DNA of 63,590 nucleotides, the filler included, from Parasitella parasitica NRRL 2501 (Eukaryota > Fungi > Mucoromycota): assembly GCA_025201805.1 (NCBI GenBank). It is 7 parts of 7 records of this genome, joined end to end, with 100 filler letters (N's around TTAATTAATTAA, not from the genome) between each part and the next. Parts side by side here need not be neighbours in the genome. Positions count along the whole stretch, not along the records: positions 27,625 to 48,060 come from MU619338.1; positions 48,161 to 52,871 come from MU619477.1; positions 52,972 to 55,050 come from MU619271.1; 4 more parts are not named here. The stretch is one strand, 5' to 3'. The position numbers and the translations under genes are program-made. Positions 39,500 through 53,260 of the stretch are shown piece by piece (the first letter of the stretch is position 1; the number at the start of each line of letters is the position of its first letter). The notes under the pieces are model-generated. The model was not told the origin of the DNA. It saw only the letters and a list, made by a program, of their open reading frames with translations, and did no database searches.

Positions 39500-41566
39500 T
39501 TACAACTTGGCTTGGGCAGGAACCTCAGTCATCAATAAATCACGCAATTCATTGCAGGCATCTTCAAGACATTGCTTGAATTGATAAGTACCGCCAATAT
39601 ACTTCTTTCCATGAACTTCAAGATCCTTAACACTAGCAACATTAAACTGAAGAGCGTTATTCTTAATCATATAAGCACAACCAAAGCCATCATTCACAAC
39701 TTGACCCCAGCCATAGCCATCGAAATGTTCAGATGATAATTGAGAGGTAGAAAGATACCAGTGAGAAGAGTAAGCGTAGACAGGATCAGCAAATAGCGCA
39801 GGCGTGGATTCCCCTTGCTTCAAACTGTTCTTCAAACCAAACAAATGACGATCGACGCCATGAGCATTGACAGCAGTAGCCATGTACTGGCCTTGTGATT
39901 TAAGAGCAGCACGGAAAGCAGCAATCTTTTGACCAGTGGGCAAATTAGGGTCTTCCATGGCCTTAACAAAGGCAACCGATTCATCAGAGACAGTGCGAGA
40001 TGTCTCTGTGCGGCCACGCTGGAACTTGCGAGTTTGACCAGACTCGTAGGTGGGACGAGATGTGCCAAACATCTTGTAATAGGCAAGTTGAATTGCCATT
40101 TGAGCAAAACCATCAGGAGAGCACTTGAATTTCTTGATTAGATTCTTACCAAATGATTGATAGGCGAGAACGGTCATTTCATGGTTGGCGATCAGCTGAT
40201 CAAAGTCCTTTTCAGCAACTTGGATAGAATCTTCGATATTCTTGTTGGTGACAAAAGAAAGTTGCTCGGGTTGAGGAATGTTGGAGCGAATGCTGTCGCT
40301 ACCATGCTTGATCAGGTTTCTAGCAAGACTAATAATGCAGTATATTAGCTTTTCCAATCTTAAAGATTATGATGAATAATCGGATATGATCCCTTACCCG
40401 TCACAGACATATTCATTCAAACGGCAAGTGGCTGTACCGTCCATACAAGAGTGCTACGAATTCAATTATGTCAGCATAAACGATTTCTTCACATGACTCT
40501 TGGTCTTACCTCTCCCATAAAACCAGCTCTGCCGTTGTCAAACACAATAAATTGAAGAGGCTTGTCGAAATAACGGTTACGACCGTCGCCATGCCAACAA
40601 GCACGGCACAATTCATCACGAGTTTTGGGAGTTAAATCATCAAGACATACAACAAATGACGATGTCTCGATCTTTTCCAAAACTTGCTTGTTGAGAGGAT
40701 TGGCAGCTAGTAATTCATCACGGACCTATTCAAATAATCAATACAAGCCTTTTATACCGTACTTACGACTTACATCAGTCCATGTGTCACGGTTTTCAGA
40801 GGTCAAAACACCAATTGGGAGGCCCTTGATGTCACCGGCTTGATCAATAACGCTTTGGAATTGCTGCTCAAGCTCCTTGGTGCTGAGTTGAACGCCATTG
40901 TAAACGGTATCAATGAAATAAAACTTGTTCTTACGAATAGCAATAATGTGAGTGTTCTTGAAAGGATCATACGAAGCGGCCAAATCGCTAGGCTTCTTGG
41001 CGATACGGCAATTGTTAAACATGTATTTGTATGAATCCATACACAAGGGTTCACCCTTAGCATACTCAGGCTCCAAGTTGTTCTCGACAACGAGCTTCTT
41101 GAATTCGAGAGCAGCAGTAGTGATAGCAGCAGCTCGTTGAGCAGGAATCTTACGGAATTTATCATCCTTGTAAGCGAAAAAGTAAGAGACGTAAATGACA
41201 ACAGGATCACGATAACCCATGTAGGCTTGATCATTCCACCATTCTTCCATCCAATTGACAATTTCCGGATTTTGAGCACGAGCAACAAGACGCTTTTGCA
41301 ACTCTTGGCCTAAACCACCGGGAGCCTCAAATTCCTTGACAGCTTGCTCGGTTTTTCTGTATTCCTCTTCAGTTAAAAGGGGATGAACAGACTTGAGATA
41401 CTTTTGAAGTGTTTCGCTGAGAGCAGGAACAGGGAGCTTGGGAAGATTTTTTTGATAGCGAAGCATAGGGCCAGCAGCGCTGATATCAACAGGAGTTTTG
41501 GGATTCTATGTTCTTGCATGAGTTGGTCGTCTACTAGCAACAGCCCATTATACTTACAGGTGCCAT
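39500..41566 (-). CDS. Carnitine O-acetyltransferase, peroxisomal (C-terminal AKL); multi-exon
   Basis: LPKLPVP, NRYFDK, spliced GEHSCMDGT catalytic His, SPDGFAQMAIQLAYY, GRTET, GVDRHL, LSTSQL; PTS1 -AKL. Confidence 0.92.
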
Positions 41567-44401
41567 TTCGATTATTTTAATCTTTAAAAAGAAGAAGGAA
41601 GAAATACAATTATATCATCTCCCTAAAAGCTAGTCCTAAATAATGCTATTTTTGCGGGGTAATTCATAACTGTCAGCATAAATCAATTGGTTATCTAATG
41701 TCTACTGCCAGGGCAACAACGGTTTGTGTAACCCTTTTAATCTGCTTTAGTCATATTTTAAGAGGTTTTTCTTTTACTACAGTGAGCTCATAAAAATAGT
41801 CGAACAGAAAGAATTTGAACAGGAAAGCTTCTTTCACTTCTTTAGGTGATTCATAAAAGTTTGATATCGTGTGAACTATTTGTTTGAAGAAACAGTGCAT
41901 TTTACACAAGATGGGATCAATTTATTCGTAAACTTGGACCAAATACTACTGTAGATACTGCTGTAAATACTGCTGACACATTATATGTAGTGCTTGTATA
42001 TGAAAATGGGCAGCACTAAAATAATCTTGTCGTGCACTTTTCTATTTCCCACGAACAACATATTTAAGATTTGTAATTTAGAACTTTTTATATAACAAAT
42101 TCATGGAAAAATGTTCTCAAATGTTGACAAAACCCAAAAACAAACAACTTTTTGCATAATGTTATGGTATCACCAAAACGAAAACATCAGTGTAAACTAT
42201 TTACCATTCAACCTCTCTTGCAATAGTTGTATCTATATTTGACAATGATTATTTTACATTAGTATATCCATGAAATGCACACGTAACAAAATTATCTATA
42301 CGATGAAAGCGCCATGATTTCAAGAGAGCTATAAATATCAGTCGTTAGCACATGAAAGCTTGAAAAGGTAAAATTTACTTTTACTCGAAGAATTAAGTTG
42401 TAGCTGGTAGTATAACTAATTGGCGTTAATGATATATAATATAACATGTGTTTGTCTCAAGACACCGAGTATTATTGCATCACATTAGAGTCTTAGAAAT
42501 ATGAATATCTAATACAAAAATTGACTTTTCGAAGAGCCAATTTCGTTACTACCAGCGTCGCTGCTATGGTCTATCTGTCGAATATTTCATTTGCTATGAT
42601 ACACAAAACATTTCAAGAGCGGCGATAGATTCTATACTGGACAGGTCAGGTCCAAGTAAAAATGCTTCTTCAACGTATTTCATTTTCTAACTGACGGTCT
42701 TCTGCGTTTGACATACAACAAATCTCATGGACGATGAAGCACATTTACACTCATAATTGGCTCTAGGCTCTCATTTCGTCAAAAAAATCAAGCATCACAT
42801 TTTATTCAAGGGACATCACTAGACGTGAAGGATTTAATGCTTTTTTGTTGTTTCTCTTTGGTTCAAATTAATTGTTAAAGCTTTCTACAACACGCTGGGC
42901 TATCTGTATCATCGTTTGAAATTGATTTAAAATCTCATTTTATTGGCACAAGCCTGGTTCTTCTAGCTAAGTCGAGAGTTTAGATTTATGACATGAATTC
43001 TACATAAACGGTACAAACATGCATTTGATATTTATTATCACCAATTTTGCGAAATTCGATGCGTATGCAGCTCAAATGATAATTGACAATGTTACACAGC
43101 TGTATAATGAAACATCAAGTGAAATATGAATCACTACATATTGTTCCATTCAGACGGCTTCGACAACTTCGTTACTTCAAATATGAGACACATTCGTAAA
43201 AGTGTCTACGAGTCTAAAAAATTCCACACGTTTTTTTGTAACAATGTTGGTACGATTCTAGCTTCACTTAATGATGATATGGACCCAATAGTAATAAGAT
43301 TATTTCTTTGTGTAAAATACATTATCAAATCACTTCAGATCCATGGAGAACGTAGATTTTATTCATTTATTACAAGTTTACGTAAAAAGAATGAATTAAA
43401 AGCATTCTAACCTTTGATGTAAAAAACTATTTATATTTTTATGCGATCAAACTTCATACGCAGATATATATTTGATGGTCAGGAAGCGTTTTATAGTTAT
43501 TTACAAAAGGAGAGACATAACTATTTACACAAATGCACAAACCCAAGAAAAGCGCAGCATAGTCTTGAATATATGCATGTAAATAAATTGCTCAACAATG
43601 AATGAAAGAATTTATGTTCTCGGCTTATTATCATTCACAAAAGAATATTTAACCTCTTTGTTTAAGAATAGGCTTTCACCACTATATAAATTCATAAGCT
43701 TACTCTAGAAGAAAACATTGATTGATGACTTTCTCGAGCTAATATCGACTCTGGATATAAATATGACAACTATAACAGTTATGCTAGGTTTTTATTATCT
43801 AAGGGTCAATTTGAAAATGCTTTTCGATGCTGAAAGCACTACCAACAAGAGGAGTCATGAAGATCGTCTCGATTAGTAACTTTCGAATTATCGATTCTAG
43901 AACATGTTCTGAACGGATTATTTTTACTCTGAGCAATCTTTTGTCTACAAGTAACAAAAGTTATTTTCATGTGTAAATCAACAAACGACTTTCGCTTTAT
44001 GAATGCGTGCTTGCTCACAATGGCAAATGCTGCTAAAAAAAATTGGTACCCTTCATCTCCAGAACCGCCCCTGAAAATATGTTTGCCCTCCAACCCTTTT
44101 TAATTTCTGCCTACCAAAAATGGGATCAGCATTTCACATGTTTTTATAAACTGCATTGATTATCATTAGGTTTCAATAGAGATACAATGAAAGTATTTAT
44201 TTAGTATGCATAACTGTTGCTCTATTGCTTCAGGGTATTATTTCATTTGTTCAATGATATATAATTGGAAACGGAGTTCGCCAAAAGAGAAGAAAGCGGC
44301 AAATCGGTAAACAAAACAAAACAACATTGAGAAGAATCGAGAGAAGAAGGAGGAGGGAAAAGTGAGGGGGGGGGAGGAGGAGGGGTCATCATCTACCATG
44401 T

Positions 44402-45256
44402 TTATTTTTTTGATCTTCCTAATCTATGAACTCGAAGGTGTCTACGCATGTTACTTTGTACACTGAATTGTCGACCGCAGCCCTCTTCTTGGCAGACAAA
44501 AGGCTTTTCACCGGTATGTGAATAGGTGTGAATGCGAAGCGACGAAGGACGATTGAATGCCTTTTTGCAAAAAGGGCAGTAGTATCTTCCTGTTTGTTCA
44601 TCTCTTGCTACCAAGACATTTTCATAGTCTTCCAACTTTTTTTCATGCTTCTTATCCTCTAATTCATTCAAGAACAGCGTTGGGCCCATGTTGAGTGCAG
44701 CATCTAATTGCTTTTGCTGAGGGGAGTCTTTAAAGTTTGCTGGAGGACTATCGGTATGGGCTCTAACCGTTTGGGGTTGTTGGCACTGTTGCTGCTGCTG
44801 TTCACTGATATGGGGCAGACTATTTGAATATAAATCAGATTGAATTGTGGTATTGGCGGATACAGTGCGACGATGTCGATTCTTTAAAGAAGAAGTCGAA
44901 GAAGTTGAAAGAAAATGCGGAAGAGGTGGTAAAACCACGGAAGAATTGGCAAGAGAGATTGATCTGGTATGACTCGCACCATGCGGCCTTCTAAGGATTT
45001 CTGTTGAGATGTTTCCAGTAGCATTGGCAGGCGGCATCATCATCCAACTCGGTTGAGGATTATCGCTTCCCTCGGGTATAACATTGGTTGCAGGTGCTGA
45101 AAGCGATAATTGCTGCAATTCAGATGGAAGATTACTTATACTTGCGCTTTGTCTATTGTGTTGTCTTTTCGGCTGATCTAGGGAAGTCGAATTTAATAGG
45201 AATTGAATAGACGGTAAGCTTGGTTTTTCGTATGTTTGATGATGATGATGAGACAT
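44402..45256 (-). CDS. C2H2 zinc-finger transcription factor (2 fingers)
   Basis: YYCPFCKKAFNRPSSLRIHTYSHTGEKPFVCQEEGCGRQFSVQSNMRRHLRVH; N-terminal LPSI motif; ATG at 45256. Confidence 0.9.
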   Translation of the reverse strand: MSHHHHQTYEKPSLPSIQFLLNSTSLDQPKRQHNRQSASISNLPSELQQLSLSAPATNVIPEGSDNPQPSWMMMPPANATGNISTEILRRPHGASHTRSISLANSSVVLPPLPHFLSTSSTSSLKNRHRRTVSANTTIQSDLYSNSLPHISEQQQQQCQQPQTVRAHTDSPPANFKDSPQQKQLDAALNMGPTLFLNELEDKKHEKKLEDYENVLVARDEQTGRYYCPFCKKAFNRPSSLRIHTYSHTGEKPFVCQEEGCGRQFSVQSNMRRHLRVHRLGRSKK

Positions 45257-46948
45257 TGGAAGAGAAAGAAATGAAAATGAAATAGAAAGCAAGAGATACC
45301 AAAACTTGCCCTAAATACAGAATCGGAGTCCTACTTATAAGCGGTGATCCTCATTCTTTAATACCTTGATCCCCTTTTGCTCCTATTCATCTCATTCTGG
45401 ACTATACCATTCATACTAGCCATGATTCGAAAGCTTAAAAATGAAGTGAATCAACAAAGAGAGAAATAAATGACAGCATATAGAAGTGAAAGCGTTGAAT
45501 TCCTGAAACATAGAGCATTGAAACTTTTATTTTTGTTTGGATATACGAATATACCAATTGCGCCAGCCTGAAAATTAAAGCCACCATCCAGGATGGTAAG
45601 CAGGTATATAATTAAGGTTGAGTGTACAGCAATTTGGTTTTTTTGCAATCTTCTTACACAAAACGATTTCCTTGGACACCACATTATCATGACACTCTAT
45701 TAAACAACGCCTGCCCAATGTGCATCCTTGAAAAATAGATGTTTGTCTTTAAAAATGATTTTTTATAGCTAAAATAAATGTTCGCTTCTATGAGACTTTA
45801 TAAAATGCATATTAGGTGAGGGCATATCGATAAATAATCTAGTTCAAGATGGTATTTATTTTAAAATATTGAAACGTTGTTCCCAAACAAGTAGCATGAT
45901 ATTTTACAGTAGGTTAAGGCTATTACTGATAAAAATAAGGGTGCCGTCAAAGAAAAACCTATAATTTAAGTTGAGACTAACGAGACGCAATACATATCTC
46001 ACTTTTTCTTGTTAATAGAACTTGAATTGATGCAAGATGTGCAGAGCGTATCGTACCGAAGCTTGTCTTCTATGTATGCGTTTCCGAATACAATTCTGGG
46101 GCAATATTGTAATACAAGATATTGACATGATACATTTATAAAATATACCCTTGATGGTAAGTGCTGATACAGTGAGAAATGCAGCCTCTTTTGCCTGACT
46201 TCCTGTCAAAGTCAGCTTGGTATATAGTAACCATCTTGCTATATTTTCGTTCTAGTTTATACAATGTATGGTCATATTATTCATCTTGTGTGGAGTTGCA
46301 TTGAAATAATACTGATCACATAAATTAGTCATGGTCAGCTCTGCCCATAAACTCGAAAACAGTTCTTGTTTATTTTCTGATGCGAATAAAAAGCAACACG
46401 TCTTGAAAAAAAAAAAGAAAGATCAGGTTACTTAAATCAACGATTGATGATAGCATAACACTGTATCCACAATTTCTGTAGATTGCAATGGCAAATAGAA
46501 ACAATGATTTTTTTTTTTTTGCAAAACTATTGAAGATAGCCATTAAATGAAGCAAATTTTTTCTATCAAAAGATGTGCAAGGTTCTACAAAATATTTTAA
46601 TAACAAATTGCTTGAACGTGATGAATTCTACACCTTTATAAATCTATCAAAGTTGCTTTGTGGCCTTTTCAAGGAAACAGCTTTTAAAATTGGAGCGTGT
46701 ATTTTATAGCAATCCTACAGACGTATAAAAAATATCAATAAAACGCAAAGGATCATACCAATTGGATAATGCTCATAAAAAAAAGCTCATCGGTAATATT
46801 AAAGGTGTTAAAACTACTTAAAGTGGCCATTTTTGCTTTAAAAAGGTTAAAAAAGCCAGCAGTTGTGGCTGAGGTTGAAAACCGGTTGTTCTTCACAAAC
46901 AATAAACGATCCTAATTTCAAGTTTTCTCTTTCCGATAAACAATTATA

Positions 46949-48060
46949 ATGCCTAAAGGAGGGGATCTGATTGGTGGAAACGCCAGCGATTCTCGACATA
47001 ATCCAAACAAACAAAAGGACCAAATGCGATCATATGCACAAATTCTGAAGTCGGATCAAACCAGGGACACCTTTGATCTGAAGTCGCTTACCTCAGTCGA
47101 GCTTGGTCAGCTCACTGAGGGTGGACAACTGTTCGTTCAAGCCAGGGACAAGCACTCGGTGGTGGTTTCAACCGAACAATTTACCGCATTGCAAATTAAT
47201 TTCAAGGATCTAGCATCTGTTCTGCGTACCCAGTTTCCGGATGCATTGGGTCTACGTATTCGAAATGTTAGTCAAACATCCAAGTACTTCGAAATCAACT
47301 TTCGAACTGACGCTGCTAGGGAGGCAGCCCTGAAAAAAGATTTTTCATATGAAGGAAAGAAAGTCATAGTCAGTCGTACCTTTCCCAAGGACACTACTAT
47401 TGTTCGGGTTAGTGTGAGCAACCTACCATATGAAGACGAAGCATACTTGCAGGAGCAAATGTCAAAAATCTTTGCGGCCTATGGTGAAATTCTCGAAATG
47501 GGTCTCTTGCATACGGTCCATGGACACTTCTTTACTGGACGAGGATTTGCTACTCTGAATCTACTTCCGGGTAAACAGTATGCCACTTTGGGACCACAAA
47601 TCGATTCTTGGGAAGCTGGGGAAACGCTCAAGATCACCTTTACTGGTATGAAGCCTACTTGTAGCCGTTGTCATGTCACGGACCACGTTTTCGGTAACTG
47701 CCCTGTCATGAGCCAGCGTTTGAAATGTTGCTATATCTGTCAAAAGTCGGACCACTTGCAGGCTAACTGTCCTGATGCATTTTGGAATCAACGAAAGAAG
47801 GCTGCAAAGTTGAATTCAGCACACACATCAGCACACCAGCAGAAGCCTGTGGCCAAGGCAATTGCACTTAAGACCATCATCACTGCCGAGGCAAATGAGA
47901 ACAAGGTCGACACTACGAAGGAAGCCGCTGCCTTCATTACTGGAATTATTCCAGCAGCCATTGCAACTATGCCTCCCGACTCGACATTAGCTAAGGAAGC
48001 GTCAGACTCCCCATCAGTTCCTACGGTGGAAGGCAAGGAGGTTATGGTGAATGATGAGAT
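46949..48060 (+). mobile_element. Non-LTR retrotransposon (L1/Tx1-like) ORF1, truncated by gap
   Basis: Intronless ORF with RRM-like VSVSNLPY region and two CCHC knuckles (CSRCHVTDHVFGNC, CYICQKSDHLQANC). The next contig starts with A16, a possible tail. Confidence 0.75.
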
Positions 48061-49021
48061 NNNNNNNNNNNNNNNNNNNNNNNNNNNNNNNNNNNNNNNN
48101 NNNNTTAATTAATTAANNNNNNNNNNNNNNNNNNNNNNNNNNNNNNNNNNNNNNNNNNNNAAAAAAAAAAAAAAAAGGCGTAACCAATTTTTTAATACGC
48201 CAGTGACCGTATTTTTGCGTAAGCAGTAAATGCATGCAATATAATAAACAATATTAAGTGAGAAAACTAAGTTAAAAACTATAATCTGGTGAACCAAAGC
48301 TAAATGACAAGATAGACTTGATATTGTGGAATATGATACTTTTTATGTTTTAAAAATTGGTTGCTTGGATGAAAAGTTATTTCAATTTAAAATCTTGACG
48401 AAAAGAGGAAAAAATAAGAAACACAGCTATTTCAAGTCTCATAGCTCTTCTCCAGACTTCTAATTATGACTGCCAAGTTTGAAAGCATTGTAGCATTCGA
48501 ATGGTCTATTGTAATTAACATGTGGGTTGTTTCTCTTGTCTCTGCGCTGCTCAATACAAGCAACCAAAATTGAGAAATCTGCGACATACAGCAGTATCAT
48601 TTTAAAAATATTACGGTTAGAAGGTATATTGTATTTTTTATTGGTATTGTATAAAAATATGATACATATTCTGATCTATCTTGCAGTACTACTGATCTCT
48701 CAAAAGAGAAATGATTCCATGCTGATTTATCTCGGTTAAGTTACCAGCTATACCTCAAGAGCCTTTGATTGAGCACGCAGCTAAATTTAAAAAAGCAAAC
48801 GCATTTTTTTGTTCTGAATAATTCGGTTTGCCAAACAAACCCATTTCGAAACAATTTGATTGCATATTTGATGCCAAATTCAACATAAATTCTCCGATCA
48901 TAATACAACACATTCATACAAGAGTTGGTGCTCTATCTAACTGTGAAAAAATCAAAGTGAATTGTAGTGAAAAATTAATGGATTAAACAGAAAAATCGAA
49001 ACTTTGTTTTTTAGGCCAGAA

Positions 49022-49405
49022 TGTCCGATTTCTCATACTTTATTTATTGTAGTAGGAACAAAGATTGTGGATGTATGACATACTTCTTTCTAAATCTAAT
49101 AATGTAGTTAATGTGCAGTATGCTCTAGGTTTTTTTACTAGTGTCTTTTTACACACTTTATTAACCGAATATTTGTTCATTTTGAGACTTATATGAATAA
49201 CGATTATTTCCAAAGACAATTAAATAAAGAGACTACAAGCGATTATATCACGGAGAACGTAGGGTCTTTATTAAAGATTGAAAAGGAAGCCAGGATTGCT
49301 CTGGTCCTAGTATCTAAAAATCTTTATACAATTCCATTTGAATGTCAGTGTCAATATTGGAATTGAGATGAGATTCAACCTTCAATTAATAGGCGAAAAC
49401 CGACA
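49022..49405 (-). mobile_element. Probable 3' LTR of the Ty3/Gypsy element
   Basis: On the minus strand the PPT GAGTGGGGGAGAA directly precedes TGTCGG at 49405. Far end TGTCCG at 49022 is tentative. Confidence 0.55.
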
Positions 49406-52400
49406 TTCTCCCCCACTCAAACTCAACGCCAGTTCTAGTTGTTGATACACTAGGTTTTCTAAAGTCTATTTTTCTTTGATCTTTCGGTAATTGCATTGGT
49501 TTGGTTTGATTGTCCAAATTTGCGCTTGCCTTGTGGGATGTCAATTGAGTTTGCTAGACTTAGTTGCGGATGACGTTTGCTCATCTGTCTTGTAATGACC
49601 CCACGAGAACTGTGTGAAGCCTGAGTTGAATGAGGAAGGGTGGTGCTGTGCTTAACGGTTGTCGGACTAGAGGTGGAGGAAGAAGGTTTGTTTGTATTAA
49701 CTTTTGACCTATCGTCAAATTCATGTCCAAATTAGGAGCTGCCACAATTTCTCGGTATATATTACTAGGGGTGAAATCATTTTTGATATGGCTTTTGACT
49801 TGTTTTCTTTTGTCATTGTTTATTTTCTTTACTTCTACGGGTTTACCTGCATGATCTTTTTTTACTTTTTTCCAATATTCAATAATAATGAATTCGGTGT
49901 CAGTGAAATCATTTGCTTTGACCCATGAATTATGCTCCTTGCCATAGTTTTTCCACTTTACATTTGATATTCGCGATTTTGAGGGTCTCCGCTATCTTGG
50001 ATTATGGCTTCGACCTCAAACAGCTCGCTCTTGGGAATGATCTCCTCTTGGTTTATTGCTTTTAGCTCTGAAGCCACGTAGTTACGGGACATTAGCATGC
50101 CTTCTTCGTCACGTAAGATATATACGCCACCGTCGTTTTGTCTAATCACTTAGTATGGGCCTACGTACGACGGTGCAAATGCGTTTGTTTTATGTAGGAT
50201 TTTATGCATCACGTATGTCCCTGGTTTAAAGTTGACTTGAACATTTTTCTGATCAATTTTACCATTTAACTTATCAGTGTAACGCTTGTGCTGCTCTGCG
50301 ACCGCTGGGAACACTAATTGACTCATATAGTCGATACGCTTCAAAAGCTCGTCATTTATCATATAACGCTTACTCTTCAACTTGCCGTCCGCATCATAAT
50401 AATTGATTGGAGCGTTCATATTGCGAGCATACATCAGCGAGAATGGGGAGCTTTGTAGCTTCTTCGAAATTTTGTTGTTTATCATCAGTGCTGTTGTGCC
50501 AGGTCTTGAAATTGAGCACAGCAGGTGATTGTATATGATATAAAAATATAAGAATGTAATAAAGACTTCGTTTACCAGATACAAAACTATTGATTTATTG
50601 ATTGACAAGAAGCTGTCTAGTTATATTGGAATAAATCTATCTAAATCAATCTATAAAATACAATCAGGTCATGTTTGACATTTAATTGTCAAACAAGATT
50701 ATAACACAGTAGTAGTCAGAGCAAGACCTATTTCTATATTTAATCAGCTAATCGTTATGAATGTGAATCATTCATCGATAAGTTGAGCTTCGCAATTTAG
50801 AATAAGTAGAACCCAAATAGATGGTTTCTTATACAAGACATTCTATTGAATACTTCTATTTACTAGATAGAATAATCGATGCCATTTAACCTTAGATCCG
50901 ATTAGGAACGGTTGCCATGACAACTGAGTTGAAATAGTGGTAACCATGGTATTCTATGGATACAACAAGTGCACAGATGGGTAAATAATTGTGCCAATCC
51001 TCAATATTTCCATTGAGTAATTTTGCTAACGTTTTCTTTACAGTACCCACGTATCTTTCAGCGATACCGTTTCCTTGCGGGTGGTATTGTGTAGCATAGC
51101 GTTTTTCAATTTGCATGGATTGAAACAACATCGTATGCAATTGATTCGACCATTCTGCACCATGATCCGACACTACGAAGAATCTGGGCAGACCGATGAT
51201 GCCAAAAGCATCAATCATCGCAATAGCTACGCTTTTAGCTGTCTTGTCAACTAGAGGTTTCAGTATGACAAATCGAGTACAAACGTCCACCATTAGTAAT
51301 AAGTATGTGTATAGGTTGGAGTTTGACGAGAAAGAGCCCGCCAGATCCATTACATATCCATCGCCAGGAAGGTTATACACGGAGCGTGAGGGTAAATAAC
51401 CTTTTTTCTTTATGTTGAATTTAACACATAGTGCACAGCCGCTCACAACATCAATTGCATCCTGTAGTAGTCCTGGCCAATTCATGTTTTGGTTCCTTAT
51501 CGACTTTACAATATTGTCAGCCCCAAAATGGCCACTTTCGTGGTGGATCTCTTTCAGTAAAGTTTTTCTACTGGGTTCAGGCACGATCACATAATTTTGG
51601 TCACTATATTTATGAGCACTTTGGACGAATGCAACCATTTTAGTTGAGACATTGTTGGTAAAAGGTTCGACATCTTTTGGGCGGTAGGAGCACTTCCGGT
51701 TGCCGGATGTATTGGCAAATGTAAAACCTTTGCGCTGTTTGTATGATTTAGATTTATTATCCCCATCTCTCCCGTCAGAAGAATCAGCGAAATAGTATAA
51801 GCGCGAGAGGAAGTCAGGCAATACATTTTGTAAACCGCTCAAATGGCGAATTTCAAACGTGTGTCGTAGTAACGTGTCAAAGTAATCGACGAAATGTTCG
51901 TTGATAGGGGTTTGGGTGAACAGAAATGTTAGACTACGATGGTCAGAATAGAGGATAAACTCTCTACCAAAGAGGAAATCGTCGTAAAGCTTCAAGGCCA
52001 TAGTAATGGCAGCGAGCTCCCGGCGTTGTACGTGCCAGTTGCGTTCGCTCTTAGATAAGCTACGGCTGTGGAAAGCAATATAGCGGATTTGTGTGATAGT
52101 GATGGGTGCATCATCACTATTCTGGTTCTTATTGGTTTGAGTATATTGCAGCTCCTGGAACAAACAAGTGCCTAAAGCATGATCACTGGCATCGACAGCT
52201 ACAATCAAAGGTAATTTCGGGTCGAATGGGGATAGCACTAATCTGGAAGCTAATACTTCTTTGATAGTGTCGAAATCGTGTTTTAATTCCGGCGTCCATT
52301 GAATAGGAACTGAATCACCAATATTGCGGAGGGCATCCAAGCGCCAAGTAAGTTTGCTAACCATGGGGCAGTGGTCGTGCATATAGGTAAACATGCCAAG

Positions 52401-52871
52401 GCAAGATTTGAGCGCTTTTGGATGTTCTGGATATGGCACATCGCAGATGTTGGTTAATCGTTTAGTGCAAATGCTACGACCCTGACGGCTAATTGTTTGG
52501 CCCAGTACCACAATAGCTGTCTTAGCAATATGAGCTTTGGCCATGTTCAAGATAAGTTTGTTTTCAGTTAGGCGGTTGATGATGATGCTTAATTGTTTTG
52601 CATGTAGTTCCATATCATCCGAATGTGTTATACAATAAACATCATCAATATATGTCAAACAAAAGGGTAAATCACCTAGGATATCGTCGAGTAAGCGACT
52701 CCAGGCGCTGCCAATAAAAGTAATCCCGTATGGACAGGAGGCAAAGCAGTAAGCAGTATTACGGTGCTGGAAGCTGGTTTTGACCTGATCTGACACATTT
52801 AGGGGTAGTCTCAGGTACGCGGTCGTAACGTCAATACAAGAATAGATTGCAGCACCTGTTGCTTGTTTGAA
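49406..52871 (-). mobile_element. Decayed Ty3/Gypsy (chromovirus) pol: RT, RNase H, integrase, chromodomain
   Basis: RT YIDD; RNase H VDAS..RELAAI..YSDH..DFLSR; HHCC zinc finger; integrase MDL..SDHG..GIAER; GPY; chromo FEVEAII..KWKNY..NSWV. In-frame stop at 50150, frameshift ~49958 and an LTR insertion. Confidence 0.92.
50492..50967. mobile_element. Solo LTR (476 bp) inserted in the Gypsy integrase
   Basis: TGTTGT...ACAACA with perfect TSD AGTGC (50487-50491, 50968-50972). Removal restores LPICA-LMINNK. Confidence 0.9.
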
Positions 52872-52971
52872 NNNNNNNNNNNNNNNNNNNNNNNNNNNNN
52901 NNNNNNNNNNNNNNNTTAATTAATTAANNNNNNNNNNNNNNNNNNNNNNNNNNNNNNNNNNNNNNNNNNNN

Positions 52972-53228
52972 TATTAAATCACAGCATTTCTAGGACAGAC
53001 CTATCTTTCTATTTTACATTAAAGAGAAGATTGGGTAGGATGTCTTCCCGACATCCCGCGATCTGATCTAGATGTATTCTTTGAATAAGCCTGGAACCTT
53101 GCAAGAGGTCCAATTACAACTTGTAGCTTATTCCTTATTTGTAAAAGAATTACCAAGAATTAATATCATGATCCGTGCATTATGACTAAGTTAGATATGA
53201 CATATGCAGCTTTTATATGGATACAACA
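52972..53228. mobile_element. LTR family A, partial (cut by gap)
   Basis: Near-identical reverse complement of part of 62936-63406; ends GGATACAACA. Confidence 0.85.
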
Positions 53229-53260
53229 AATTTGCAACGCGCGAGAAACTACCTATACTT

